Below, in pieces: positions 15,155 to 24,128 of a DNA stretch of 64,000 bases. Position 1 is the stretch's first letter, and the number at the start of each line of letters is the position of its first letter. This DNA comes from an uncultured virus (IMG/VR IMGVR_UViG_3300008259_004339). Its lineage: Duplodnaviria > Heunggongvirae > Uroviricota > Caudoviricetes. Location of the stretch: the IMG/VR virus record IMGVR_UViG_3300008259_004339, positions 1-64,000 of that record; one strand, written 5' to 3'. The notes below the pieces were generated by a model. The model was not told the origin of the DNA, did not search any database, and saw nothing but the letters and a program-made list of their open reading frames with translations. The translations under genes were made by a program, and so were the position numbers.

Positions 15155-15997
15155 ATGAAAGGGATTATTTTAGCTGGAGGTACCGGTAGTAGATTATATC
15201 CATTAACCAGTACAATAAATAAACAATTGTTGCCTGTTTATGACAAGCCAATGATTTATTATCCATTTTGCACATTATTGTCGTGTGGTATTAAAGATTT
15301 TTGCATTATTTCTTCTCCTGAATATTTGCCTTCTTATGAAAAGCTATTTGGAGATGGCACTCAATTGGGAGTTAAGCTTACTTATAAAGTGCAATATAAG
15401 CCAAGAGGCATAGCTGAAAGTTTTATTATAGCCGAAGACTTTATTGGTGACGATAATGTTGCTCTTATACTAGGAGACAATATATTCCACGGAATGCCCA
15501 GAGTCAAGCCTTTACTTGAAGGTGCAATTATTTTTGGTTATGAAGTTAATGATCCTAGAGCTTATGGCGTTATTGAATTTGACAGTGAAAACAACGTAAT
15601 AAGCATAGAAGAAAAACCAGTTGAACCCAAAAGTAATTATGCGGTACCAGGCTTATATTTTTATGATAAAAGAGTAGTTCAGTATGCTAAATCACTTAAG
15701 CCTTCGAACAGAGGTGAAATTGAAATAACTGATTTGAACTTAATATATCTTGACAAAGCGCAGCTTACTGCTGTAAAATTTGCTAAAGGCACAGCGTGGT
15801 TAGATGCTGGAAGTGCTGAAACATTATTTGAAAGTAGTGCTTATATACAAGCTATTCAATCAAGACAGGGAATTAAAATAGGATGTATAGAAGAAGAGTG
15901 CTACAAGCGCAAATATATAAGCAAAGAGCAGCTTAAAGCGCTTATAGAAAAATTACCAAACAGTGAGTATAAAAAATATTTAAATAAATTATTATGA
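15155..15997 (+). CDS. rmlA: Glucose-1-phosphate thymidylyltransferase
   Basis: MKGIILAGGTGSRLYPLT, KQLLPVYDKPMIYYP, LILGDNIF, EEKP, RGEIEITD, WLDAG. Confidence 0.96.
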   Translation: MKGIILAGGTGSRLYPLTSTINKQLLPVYDKPMIYYPFCTLLSCGIKDFCIISSPEYLPSYEKLFGDGTQLGVKLTYKVQYKPRGIAESFIIAEDFIGDDNVALILGDNIFHGMPRVKPLLEGAIIFGYEVNDPRAYGVIEFDSENNVISIEEKPVEPKSNYAVPGLYFYDKRVVQYAKSLKPSNRGEIEITDLNLIYLDKAQLTAVKFAKGTAWLDAGSAETLFESSAYIQAIQSRQGIKIGCIEEECYKRKYISKEQLKALIEKLPNSEYKKYLNKLL

Positions 15998-16860
15998 TTA
16001 TATTATTCGGATCAATCGGTTATATTGGAAGTGAATTCAAAAAGCAATTAGCTGAATTAAAGCTACCTGTTTTTCTTTGGCCAAATGCGCATAAAACCAC
16101 TTTTGCAGATTTGGAAAAGTGGTATGATGAAGCTGGATACCCACTCATAGGCGCTGTAATAAATGCAGCGGGATATACTGGTAAACCTAATGTGGATGCA
16201 TGTGAATTAAACAAAGAAGCTACTATTCACGGCAATATTGTATGGCCGCAAATATTAACTGATTGGTGTATGTTAAATGATATACCCTTAGCGCATGTTT
16301 CCAGTGGTTGTATATATGAAGGTAAAAGAGCCGATGGCAATCCTTTTACTGAAGAAGATGTACCAAACTTTAGTTTTGCGCAAAATAACTGTAGTTTCTA
16401 CAGTGGTACCAAAGTAATAGGTGAACAAGTAGTAAAGAAGTGGGAAAAGCACTATATTTGGAGATTACGAATTCCATTTGAAGAGTTTGATAATTCTAGA
16501 AATTATATAAGCAAAATATTAAAGTATGAAAGACTGTTAGATGCTGAAAATAGTGTAAGCAACAAACAAGAATTTGTAAGTGCTTGTATTCAAACTATTA
16601 CCAAAGAAGTTCCATATGGTACATATAATGTGACCAATGGTGGTTATATCACGACCAAGGGTGTAGTAGAAAAGTTTAAGAATACAATTGCAAAAGGCAA
16701 AACCTTTACATTTGTGGAAGAAGATGAATTTTATAAAAATGTAGTCAAAACACCCCGATCAAATTGTGTGATGAGCAACGAAAAATTATTGTCAACTGGA
16801 ATCAAAATGAGAACAGCAGACGAAGCCTTTGACTATTGCATTAACAATTGGACCATATGA
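15994..16860 (+). CDS. rmlD: dTDP-4-dehydrorhamnose reductase-like SDR (possibly bifunctional epimerase/reductase)
   Basis: GSIGYIG, NAAGYTGKPNVDACE, SSGCIY, YSGTK, PRSNC. Confidence 0.8.
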   Translation: MIILFGSIGYIGSEFKKQLAELKLPVFLWPNAHKTTFADLEKWYDEAGYPLIGAVINAAGYTGKPNVDACELNKEATIHGNIVWPQILTDWCMLNDIPLAHVSSGCIYEGKRADGNPFTEEDVPNFSFAQNNCSFYSGTKVIGEQVVKKWEKHYIWRLRIPFEEFDNSRNYISKILKYERLLDAENSVSNKQEFVSACIQTITKEVPYGTYNVTNGGYITTKGVVEKFKNTIAKGKTFTFVEEDEFYKNVVKTPRSNCVMSNEKLLSTGIKMRTADEAFDYCINNWTI

Positions 16861-17813
16861 ATATATTAGTAACAGGAGCATGTGGATTTATTGGAAGTCA
16901 CTTTATAGAAGAAATTCTAAAAAGGGATGATGTTGTTATGGTTTATAACATTGATTGTGGTACTTATGCTGCAAACAAAAAACTTCCCTTTCAAAAAGAT
17001 CCTAGATATCACAGATTATCAATGAACATTGCTGCGCCTTATTTTCCAGATCAAAAGAAATATATTGATTCATTAAATTTAGATTATGTGATTCATTTTG
17101 CAGCAGAATCGCACGTGGATAACTCTATCAAGGGACCAAAAAGATTTATTGAAACAAACATTATTGGTACTTTTAATCTGTTAGAAATGCTTAAGGGTAC
17201 AAACATAAAGAAGTTTATCCACGTATCCACCGATGAAGTGTATGGATCATTGAATCACAAAGAAGGATCTTTTACTACAGACAGTCCTTATAGAGCAAAT
17301 AATCCATATTCAGCTACTAAAGCTGCCAGCGATCTACTGGTTAGAAGTTATAACAAAACTTATAATTTCCCAGCGATTATTACCAATTGCAGCAACAACT
17401 TTGGGTCCAGACAATATACCGAAAAGATGATTCCAGTATGTATTCAGAAACTTCTCAACAAAGAAACCATACCTTTATATGGTAATGGGTCGAATGTAAG
17501 AGATTGGATCTATGTCAAAGACCACGTTAATGCACTTATATGCGTTCTATTAGATGGTAAAATAGGAAAACAGTATTTGATAGGGTCTGACAACGAACTA
17601 TCTAACTATGAGCTTATACACGTGATTAAAGAGGTATATAGTACCATAACTGGAATAGAAGTAGACTGGGAGTGGTTTAAATATGTTGAAGACCGTAAAG
17701 GACACGATAGTAGATACAGCATTGACAATCGTGACTTCAAGATGGAGTTTCCTCAATTTAACACAACTAAATTTGATATTGCTATTTTGGAAACGGTTAA
17801 ATCATATTTATAA
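16857..17813 (+). CDS. rmlB: dTDP-glucose 4,6-dehydratase
   Basis: TGACGFIGS, HFAAESHVDNSI, HVSTDEVYG, PYSATKA, RDWIYVKDH, DRKGHD. Confidence 0.95.
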   Translation: MNILVTGACGFIGSHFIEEILKRDDVVMVYNIDCGTYAANKKLPFQKDPRYHRLSMNIAAPYFPDQKKYIDSLNLDYVIHFAAESHVDNSIKGPKRFIETNIIGTFNLLEMLKGTNIKKFIHVSTDEVYGSLNHKEGSFTTDSPYRANNPYSATKAASDLLVRSYNKTYNFPAIITNCSNNFGSRQYTEKMIPVCIQKLLNKETIPLYGNGSNVRDWIYVKDHVNALICVLLDGKIGKQYLIGSDNELSNYELIHVIKEVYSTITGIEVDWEWFKYVEDRKGHDSRYSIDNRDFKMEFPQFNTTKFDIAILETVKSYL

Positions 17814-17816
17814 TAT

Positions 17817-18203
17817 GTGCCCGTTAGAATTTATTCTAAAGAAGCCAAGGACTTAACTCTCTTTGAAGAAAAGAGTTGTGGAAAGCTGATATCTTCTGGA
17901 TCGATTTATTCGGTGTATGTTGAGTGTTGTACCCCAGATAAAAAAATACCAAATAGAGTGTTTTTAGCCAAGGACAATGGTAAGATTGTAGGGTGGTCCA
18001 TTATACGACTAAAGAAAAAAATGGGAGTTAATGGATACTTTGAGTTTATGGTTTATATCAAACGTCTTTATAGACGTAAAGGTATAGCTACAAAGATGTA
18101 CAAAAGATCTCGCAAATACTTCAACTTGGAAGATGACGATATAAAGGTATACAAAACAGACAGAGCCAATATTAGTTTCTTTGACTCTGTTATGGAGTCA
18201 TAG
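17817..18203 (+). CDS. GNAT-family acetyltransferase
   Basis: VYIKRLYRRKGIATKM acetyl-CoA motif. Confidence 0.7.
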   Translation: MPVRIYSKEAKDLTLFEEKSCGKLISSGSIYSVYVECCTPDKKIPNRVFLAKDNGKIVGWSIIRLKKKMGVNGYFEFMVYIKRLYRRKGIATKMYKRSRKYFNLEDDDIKVYKTDRANISFFDSVMES

Positions 18204-18566
18204 ATTCTTATTGTAGATAGCCAATTTTGGATTTGCATATCCAAACTTTTTTACCAATTGACCAGCTACACTATTTGCTTCATCTTCAATTTCGCCACCT
18301 ATGTCTTGGGTAGGTTCATTTAACTTACCAGTCTCATTTTGTTGGTGGTGAATTAGTTCGTGCGCTATACTACGTAAAACATCGGCTAAACCTCTATCTT
18401 TGCAATAGACCTTAACATCGCCATTTGTTTGATTGTAATAAGCATATGTTCTTAAATCGTCGTCTCGTTGTTTTACCAACTTGACTTTGAATGGTCGATT
18501 TAAAGTCAATTCATCGCTGACAAATTTGATGAATTTAAGAATTGTGTATTTACTCAATTTATCCAT
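18198..18566 (-). CDS. HExxH zincin metallopeptidase-like protein
   Basis: RSIAHELIHHQQ...EDEANSVAG. Confidence 0.75.
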   Translation of the reverse strand: MDKLSKYTILKFIKFVSDELTLNRPFKVKLVKQRDDDLRTYAYYNQTNGDVKVYCKDRGLADVLRSIAHELIHHQQNETGKLNEPTQDIGGEIEDEANSVAGQLVKKFGYANPKLAIYNKNL

Positions 18567-18567
18567 A

Positions 18568-19020
18568 TTAGAGTCCTGCTTCTTTATAAGACATCTTTAT
18601 TTTACCCGAGTCGATCAAACGCTTGCGGTTTTGTAAATGAAGATTCTTTACGTTGTCTTTGTTTTCCCCAAGATATTTTACAGCAAAACCCTCTTCAACG
18701 AGAGAAACATTCAACACTTCTTTAGATTCAGGATTGATAATTTCACCCAACAGTCTGCCAAACTTTTCACTATCATCGCTTTTGTGAGTGCGTAAAATTA
18801 TTTGTTTTTTACAATTCTCAACAAATTCTTTAGCATATTCTTTGCTTGCTAATCCAAATACCTTTTCAATTTTATCACTGGTGCGACTTTCTGGGGTATC
18901 AACTCCCAATAATCTTACACTTTGATTAGATAGTACCACATTGAACCCCAAGTCAATGTCAACAACAATTGTGTCACCATCTACAACATTTATAACCTTA
19001 GCGTGATATTCGTATGGCAT
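18568..19020 (-). CDS. Thermonuclease (staphylococcal nuclease-like)
   Basis: VVDGDTI...VRLLGVDTPESR...EKFGRLLG. Confidence 0.9.
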   Translation of the reverse strand: MPYEYHAKVINVVDGDTIVVDIDLGFNVVLSNQSVRLLGVDTPESRTSDKIEKVFGLASKEYAKEFVENCKKQIILRTHKSDDSEKFGRLLGEIINPESKEVLNVSLVEEGFAVKYLGENKDNVKNLHLQNRKRLIDSGKIKMSYKEAGL

Positions 19021-19021
19021 A

Positions 19022-19381
19022 TTATGATAGTGTTAACAAATACTTTAGTTTGTTTAACTGCGCTAACATTTCATCTCTGATATTAAACAGATCAGTATCA
19101 GACTTTTCTAAAGACTTTGGCAATTCGTTTACCAAATAGTCAACATATTTATCCGCAAAATCTGTCGGAGATATATCTTTGTAGTTTTCTAATTCTATTT
19201 TAAATCCGTTACTACTTTCAATTCTTCCGTATTTACCCATAAAGACTTCAATGAATTCATCGATTAAACCAGAAAATTCGTCGTATGCTTCACCCAAAGC
19301 TTGATGTTCTGCATTGCTTTTAGTTTGCCAATGATGTATTTTTAACTGGTTATGTAATGTCAAAAGATTGGTTACTATCAT
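19022..19381 (-). CDS. Ferritin/Dps-like four-helix protein
   Basis: KIHHWQTKSNAEHQALGEAYD...DEFIEVFMG...NIRDEMLAQLNKLKYLLTL. Confidence 0.8.
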   Translation of the reverse strand: MIVTNLLTLHNQLKIHHWQTKSNAEHQALGEAYDEFSGLIDEFIEVFMGKYGRIESSNGFKIELENYKDISPTDFADKYVDYLVNELPKSLEKSDTDLFNIRDEMLAQLNKLKYLLTLS

Positions 19382-19448
19382 AATAGATATAAATATCATA
19401 TTCATAATAAAATAACCAAAACAAAAATAAATCGATTATTTATACTCA

Positions 19449-19784
19449 ATGAAAGCAGTTATATATTTTGTCTTTAATGACAACGAAGAAAATTACATAG
19501 AAGATATTCAAAAAAAACTAACTTATGATGTCAAACAATTTGTTATAACCGATATAAGTAACCCAAACAAATCAATATATAGTAAAATTGAAAACATATT
19601 TTATTTCAAAGATATGACATCGTGCTTAAATAACTTGACTGTAATATTAACTTATCTTGAAATATTCAATTATAAAGAAATAATGTTGTTTAACGTAAAC
19701 AAAACTTACAATTGTGATCAAATAGTTTATAAAGATATATTAAAAGTTAAAAAAGAGTTCTCCGTTGTAAATAGCATTTTGTGA
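19449..19784 (+). CDS. Hypothetical protein
   Basis: 111-aa ORF. Confidence 0.5.
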   Translation: MKAVIYFVFNDNEENYIEDIQKKLTYDVKQFVITDISNPNKSIYSKIENIFYFKDMTSCLNNLTVILTYLEIFNYKEIMLFNVNKTYNCDQIVYKDILKVKKEFSVVNSIL

Positions 19785-20759
19785 TGCGTCAAAAGTTTTG
19801 ACCAATGTGTCATTTATTACAATCTTTGTATTTTCAATTAAATTTGAATCTACATACGAATAGTACCAGCATCCAGGATAAACTATCGTGTCTTCGTGAC
19901 AGATATTTCCTACATAAATCTTCAGACGTACAGGTTCTGACAATAAAACACTTGAATAATAAAAAACGGGTTTATTATTGATTATATCATAAATAAAATT
20001 ACACCTAGCATCGTCAATTAAACTTCTATAAGAATATACTTGATTTAAATCTGAATACTTAAAAATTTCAGATAAGTGTCTAGTTTCTTCTAATATATTA
20101 CATTCCGACGATTTGTATTTTTTAACTAACTTGGTAAAAACTGTTTCAAAAAATTGACCATAAGTATCTACGTCACTATTCTTATATTCGTATTCGGTAT
20201 AAGCGGCATTTTTTACAATATCGAACATTGTGTTAACTTTGCCAAAATTGAAATATGTTGAATATACTTGTTCGTTGCTTGTTAATAATCTTTGAAAACA
20301 AAAAGTAATTAGATCGTATTCACTTAATTTTTCAAAATATTTTCTTACATTTTGTAAATCGTGGTTATGAATATAATGATCGTCTTCAATATAAAAATAA
20401 TTATCATATCCAAGACAATTAGCATAACTTATCAATGAACGATAATTACGAAGTAAAGATGGAAAATGTGTATCGTGGTAAAACATTACTTTATGATGTG
20501 AATTTATATCATACATAAAATAACCACCACCTGATGCTTTGTAGTAATTATAATAAAACTTCTTATCACATTTGTGACTAGTATAGTCATAAATCAGATG
20601 TTTTGACTTTTCCACAATATAAGAAGGTAAAAAATCAGTTGTAGATAGTGTTATTATATCATAACCCAAATTTAAAAGTTGTTTGAAATTCTTCAAACAC
20701 ATTTTTGATCTATTAACTGAATTGGGACTGGTTAAAAATAATATAACATTTTTAGACAT
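19740..20759 (-). CDS. Hypothetical protein, possible GT-A-like fold
   Basis: 339-aa ORF; LGYDNYFYIEDD DxD-like motif. Confidence 0.55.
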   Translation of the reverse strand: MSKNVILFLTSPNSVNRSKMCLKNFKQLLNLGYDIITLSTTDFLPSYIVEKSKHLIYDYTSHKCDKKFYYNYYKASGGGYFMYDINSHHKVMFYHDTHFPSLLRNYRSLISYANCLGYDNYFYIEDDHYIHNHDLQNVRKYFEKLSEYDLITFCFQRLLTSNEQVYSTYFNFGKVNTMFDIVKNAAYTEYEYKNSDVDTYGQFFETVFTKLVKKYKSSECNILEETRHLSEIFKYSDLNQVYSYRSLIDDARCNFIYDIINNKPVFYYSSVLLSEPVRLKIYVGNICHEDTIVYPGCWYYSYVDSNLIENTKIVINDTLVKTFDASQNAIYNGELFFNF

Positions 20760-20762
20760 AAC

Positions 20763-20960
20763 CTAAGTAACTACTTCAACTTTACATTTAGTCTTATTAA
20801 AGAATCCTTCGTCAATTAAATACTTAACTGTCAGATCACAACGATTTTTAAAATCATAAAAAGCAATCTCAGAAGGTTTCCAGATACGGATAGTGCTGGC
20901 ATCTTTTATTTCAAATTTTATACCATTTACATATCCGCTCTTTTTAGTACTACTGAACAT
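20763..20960 (-). CDS. Hypothetical protein
   Basis: ORF with ATATTTATT upstream; VKYLIDEGF. Confidence 0.6.
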   Translation of the reverse strand: MFSSTKKSGYVNGIKFEIKDASTIRIWKPSEIAFYDFKNRCDLTVKYLIDEGFFNKTKCKVEVVT

Positions 20961-21067
20961 TATTAATAAATATATCAGTGTATTCAAAGGATATTAAAAT
21001 ATAGTCGGCACACAAATATAAAAATTTTGACAGATGAAAAGTATAATTAACAAACTATGTATTGAAA

Positions 21068-21535
21068 ATGAAAATTGAGTTACAATGTTATTTAAAGAAA
21101 AAGTTCCCAGAAATGTATCCGGATAATTTGTCATTCGATTGCGATGATGGTTGGTTTAGACTTTTGTTGTGGTTGAGTCGATATCTTGAAATGTATATCA
21201 CTCAACAAAATGAAATGGCAAAATCAAATCCACAACATTATCTGCCAGTAAAACAAATTGTTGCTAAACAAGTAAAACAAAAGTTTGGCACATTAAGATT
21301 TTATTATGAGGGTGGAAATCAACACACCGAATCAATAATTGAATATACAACATTTATATCAGGTTATATTTGTGAACAAACAGGCACCACTATGGATGTT
21401 GGTTATAACCACAATGGATTTGTACAAGTACTACACAAAGATTTAGCCAGAAACAAAAATGATTTTAACTTCGTTGATGACGAAGAGTTACGAACAATAC
21501 TAAAAACATATGACCAAAAAACTAACGCTCAATAA
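21068..21535 (+). CDS. Phage hypothetical protein
   Basis: CDDGWFRLL...QVKQKFGTLRFYY...ICEQTG. Confidence 0.75.
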   Translation: MKIELQCYLKKKFPEMYPDNLSFDCDDGWFRLLLWLSRYLEMYITQQNEMAKSNPQHYLPVKQIVAKQVKQKFGTLRFYYEGGNQHTESIIEYTTFISGYICEQTGTTMDVGYNHNGFVQVLHKDLARNKNDFNFVDDEELRTILKTYDQKTNAQ

Positions 21536-22109
21536 TGATGATATATCCGATGTATCTCAAGATAAACAAAAATTCGTATCTGTCATTGACAACAACGAGT
21601 TATACTTTTACAACGATGTAAATACAGAATCAGCACTTGTAGTAAACAAAACTCTAAGTGATCTAGCTAGACAACTACTAATAGCACAAATTACATTTGA
21701 TCTACAAGAAACTCCCCACATCAAATTACACATCAATAGTGATGGTGGTGAAGTATTTGGTGCATTGAGTATAGTAGATAGAATTCAAGCATCCAAAGTA
21801 CCTGTACATTCATATGCAGAAGGATTAGTAGCAAGCGCTAGCACACTAATCAGTGTAAGTTGTCACAAACGTTATATACGTAAAAACACTATCTTATTGA
21901 TTCATCAAGTAAGAAGTTGGTTTGAAGGTACATACGAAGACTTCAATGACGAAAAACAAAATATGGATTTGATAATGAAAGTTGTCAAAGACATATATTT
22001 GAAACATACAAAGTTTACTGAAGACGAATTAAATACACTGTTAAAACGTGACATTTATTTGAACGCAGAAGACGCAATCAAATACGGATTAGCTGATGAA
22101 ATCGTCTAG
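21510..22109 (+). CDS. clpP: ClpP-family protease
   Basis: LHINSDGGEV, GLVASAST (catalytic Ser), LLIHQ (His), RDIYLNAEDAIKYGLADEI. Confidence 0.9.
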   Translation: MTKKLTLNNDDISDVSQDKQKFVSVIDNNELYFYNDVNTESALVVNKTLSDLARQLLIAQITFDLQETPHIKLHINSDGGEVFGALSIVDRIQASKVPVHSYAEGLVASASTLISVSCHKRYIRKNTILLIHQVRSWFEGTYEDFNDEKQNMDLIMKVVKDIYLKHTKFTEDELNTLLKRDIYLNAEDAIKYGLADEIV

Positions 22110-22428
22110 AGATAAAGAAGGATACGTATATATCATCAGTAATTGTAACTTTCCTGGTTATTACAAAGTGGGAGTCACTAATGATATAAAGTCAAGATTA
22201 CGTACATATCAAACAGCATCTCCACTGCGTAACTATAAAATTGAATATTATGTTCAACACCCAGATTGTTATGAAGCGGAGAAGAAAATAGCTGAAAAGT
22301 TAAGATATTTTGCTACCGAAATCAAAAATGAATGGTTCAAATGTGACTTGGAATTGGTCAAGGGAAGACTAGATGAAAGTTTAGAACCCGAAGAAAATGT
22401 GTTGACTTTTATAAAAAGAGGTGTATAG
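22096..22428 (+). CDS. GIY-YIG (T5orf172-like) nuclease
   Basis: GYVYII...YKVGVT...SRLRTYQT...EKKI...NEWF. Confidence 0.85.
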   Translation: MKSSRDKEGYVYIISNCNFPGYYKVGVTNDIKSRLRTYQTASPLRNYKIEYYVQHPDCYEAEKKIAEKLRYFATEIKNEWFKCDLELVKGRLDESLEPEENVLTFIKRGV

Positions 22429-22429
22429 T
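22402..22429 (+). promoter_or_regulatory. Sigma70-type promoter
   Basis: TTGACT-N16-TATAGT. Confidence 0.55.
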
Positions 22430-22441
22430 TATAATATAGTT

Positions 22442-22918
22442 ATGAATACAATAGCTAATAAATTGATCTGTTTGAACCTAAGTTGGACCGAATGGTTGAA
22501 ACTACCTATTCGCTCCTGGGACTTGGTAATCAATTCAGCTCATATGTCTGTACGTGTACCAACTGTTATCATCGCTGTTAATTTCAGCAAAATGCCTGTA
22601 AAGTCATTTAAGGGAAAACCCAGCAAAGATGCAATTTACAATCGTGATAATGGTATCTGTCAGTACACAGGCAAGAAGATTGATCGTCACTCAGCTACTG
22701 TAGATCATATTCTACCTCGTAGTAAAGGTGGAGAAGACAGTTGGACCAATCTGGTACTGTGTTCACGGGATATCAATTCTAAAAAAGGTAATAGGTTGAA
22801 TACAGAAGCTGGTTTGAAGTTGATCAAACAACCTAGTATTCCACAACCAATTCCAGTGTCAGCTTTGATTAAAGAAGCAAAACACAAAGATTGGGAACAC
22901 TTTTTGATGGGTGTTTAA
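22442..22918 (+). CDS. HNH endonuclease (probably with an internal in-frame deletion)
   Basis: IYNRDNGICQYTG...TVDHILPRSKGG..SWTNLVLC..INSKKGN. Confidence 0.85.
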   Translation: MNTIANKLICLNLSWTEWLKLPIRSWDLVINSAHMSVRVPTVIIAVNFSKMPVKSFKGKPSKDAIYNRDNGICQYTGKKIDRHSATVDHILPRSKGGEDSWTNLVLCSRDINSKKGNRLNTEAGLKLIKQPSIPQPIPVSALIKEAKHKDWEHFLMGV

Positions 22919-22946
22919 ACAAATATTAACTAATTGTAAAATATAC

Positions 22947-22981
22947 AAATATATAATCTTAACCGATTATATATTTTTTTT
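22947..22981 (+). terminator. Probable terminator hairpin
   Basis: AAATATATAATC-TTAACC-GATTATATATTT followed by T-run. Confidence 0.55.
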
Positions 22982-22989
22982 GCGCCTGT

Positions 22990-23166
22990 ATGAAAAAGAA
23001 CAAAAGCATCACCGTCAATATCAATGGAAACGAAGTGGTTTTGGATGAAACGGAAATCAAATTTTACCTATCCGAAACCAAAAAGAAAAAGGTCAACAAA
23101 TCTAAAATAGAAAAATTCTTTACAAACTTAGGTAACATTTTTAATAAAAATAACGAATCTAATTGA
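22990..23166 (+). CDS. Small hypothetical protein
   Basis: Manual translation MKKNKSITVNINGNEVVLDETEIKFYL...(58 aa). Confidence 0.55.
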   Translation: MKKNKSITVNINGNEVVLDETEIKFYLSETKKKKVNKSKIEKFFTNLGNIFNKNNESN

Positions 23167-23177
23167 TATTTATTGTT

Positions 23178-23765
23178 GTGAATCAATACGACAAATTCTT
23201 ATTAGAAGCCTATAAAGGTGGATTACGTGCGTGGTTTGGTAAAGGACCAGTGGGTAGTAGCAGTGGGGGTGGGTGGGATCGATATGATAGTACAGGCAAA
23301 AAAGCGGGTAAATGTGGTGATGCTAAACAAGGAAGTAGTTACAGTGCCTGTTTAGGTAAAAAGTATGCTGCGAGACTAAGAGCTAAAGGTGGTAAAAAAG
23401 CAATTGCTAATTGGGTAAAGAGAAAGAAGTCTGCACAAAGATCAGCTGGTAGAGGAGAAAAAGGTAGTGGTGGCAAAGGACAATCTCCTGTAAGAGTAAG
23501 TTATAAAGAAGAATTAAGTGAAATATTTGTAATTTCACAAAAACAAAATCTTAAAAAAGATTTAATTAATTTTTTACGTGGTGAATTTCAAAATGGTCGT
23601 TTAAAACCAGTACACGGTGGAGTAAGTACAACAGAATTTAAAACTGATGATTGGTTGGAAAACATCGCAGATCATACAATCAACCATTTGATTAATTATT
23701 TTGAAACAATACGTAATTCAACAGAACGTAATATTTACTCAACTGTACCTATATCTTCTAACTAA
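23178..23765 (+). CDS. Basic, Gly-rich putative virion-internal protein
   Basis: FLLEAYKGGLRAWFGKG...GGWDRY...GKCG...ACL; ATATTTATT upstream of GTG. Confidence 0.65.
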   Translation: MNQYDKFLLEAYKGGLRAWFGKGPVGSSSGGGWDRYDSTGKKAGKCGDAKQGSSYSACLGKKYAARLRAKGGKKAIANWVKRKKSAQRSAGRGEKGSGGKGQSPVRVSYKEELSEIFVISQKQNLKKDLINFLRGEFQNGRLKPVHGGVSTTEFKTDDWLENIADHTINHLINYFETIRNSTERNIYSTVPISSN

Positions 23766-23825
23766 GATTATAATATTAAATAGTATTGAAAGTTAGATAG
23801 TTATATAGTAAACTATAAGAAATAT

Positions 23826-24125
23826 ATGAGTTACTATATCAAAGACACAACGATAAATAAGGTCGTAACATTTAACGATCTAAATGAGGTAGTTAATTAC
23901 CTAGAAAATTTATGCATCAAGAAAAATGGTAAACGTCGTAAAGACTTTATGTTTGATATGTCTGAACTTGGACATGGTTATGATGATCCACAGGGTATAA
24001 ATTTTACCAATTTGATGAGTGATTCTTTTGAAGTTGGCGCATTAAAGAAAGATGGTAGATTGGTGCGTACCAACATTCACGAATTGGCTAGAAATAACAA
24101 GTACCGTAGTGAAATGGGTGATTGA
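23826..24125 (+). CDS. Hypothetical protein
   Basis: 99-aa ORF. Confidence 0.65.
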   Translation: MSYYIKDTTINKVVTFNDLNEVVNYLENLCIKKNGKRRKDFMFDMSELGHGYDDPQGINFTNLMSDSFEVGALKKDGRLVRTNIHELARNNKYRSEMGD

Positions 24126-24128
24126 TTT

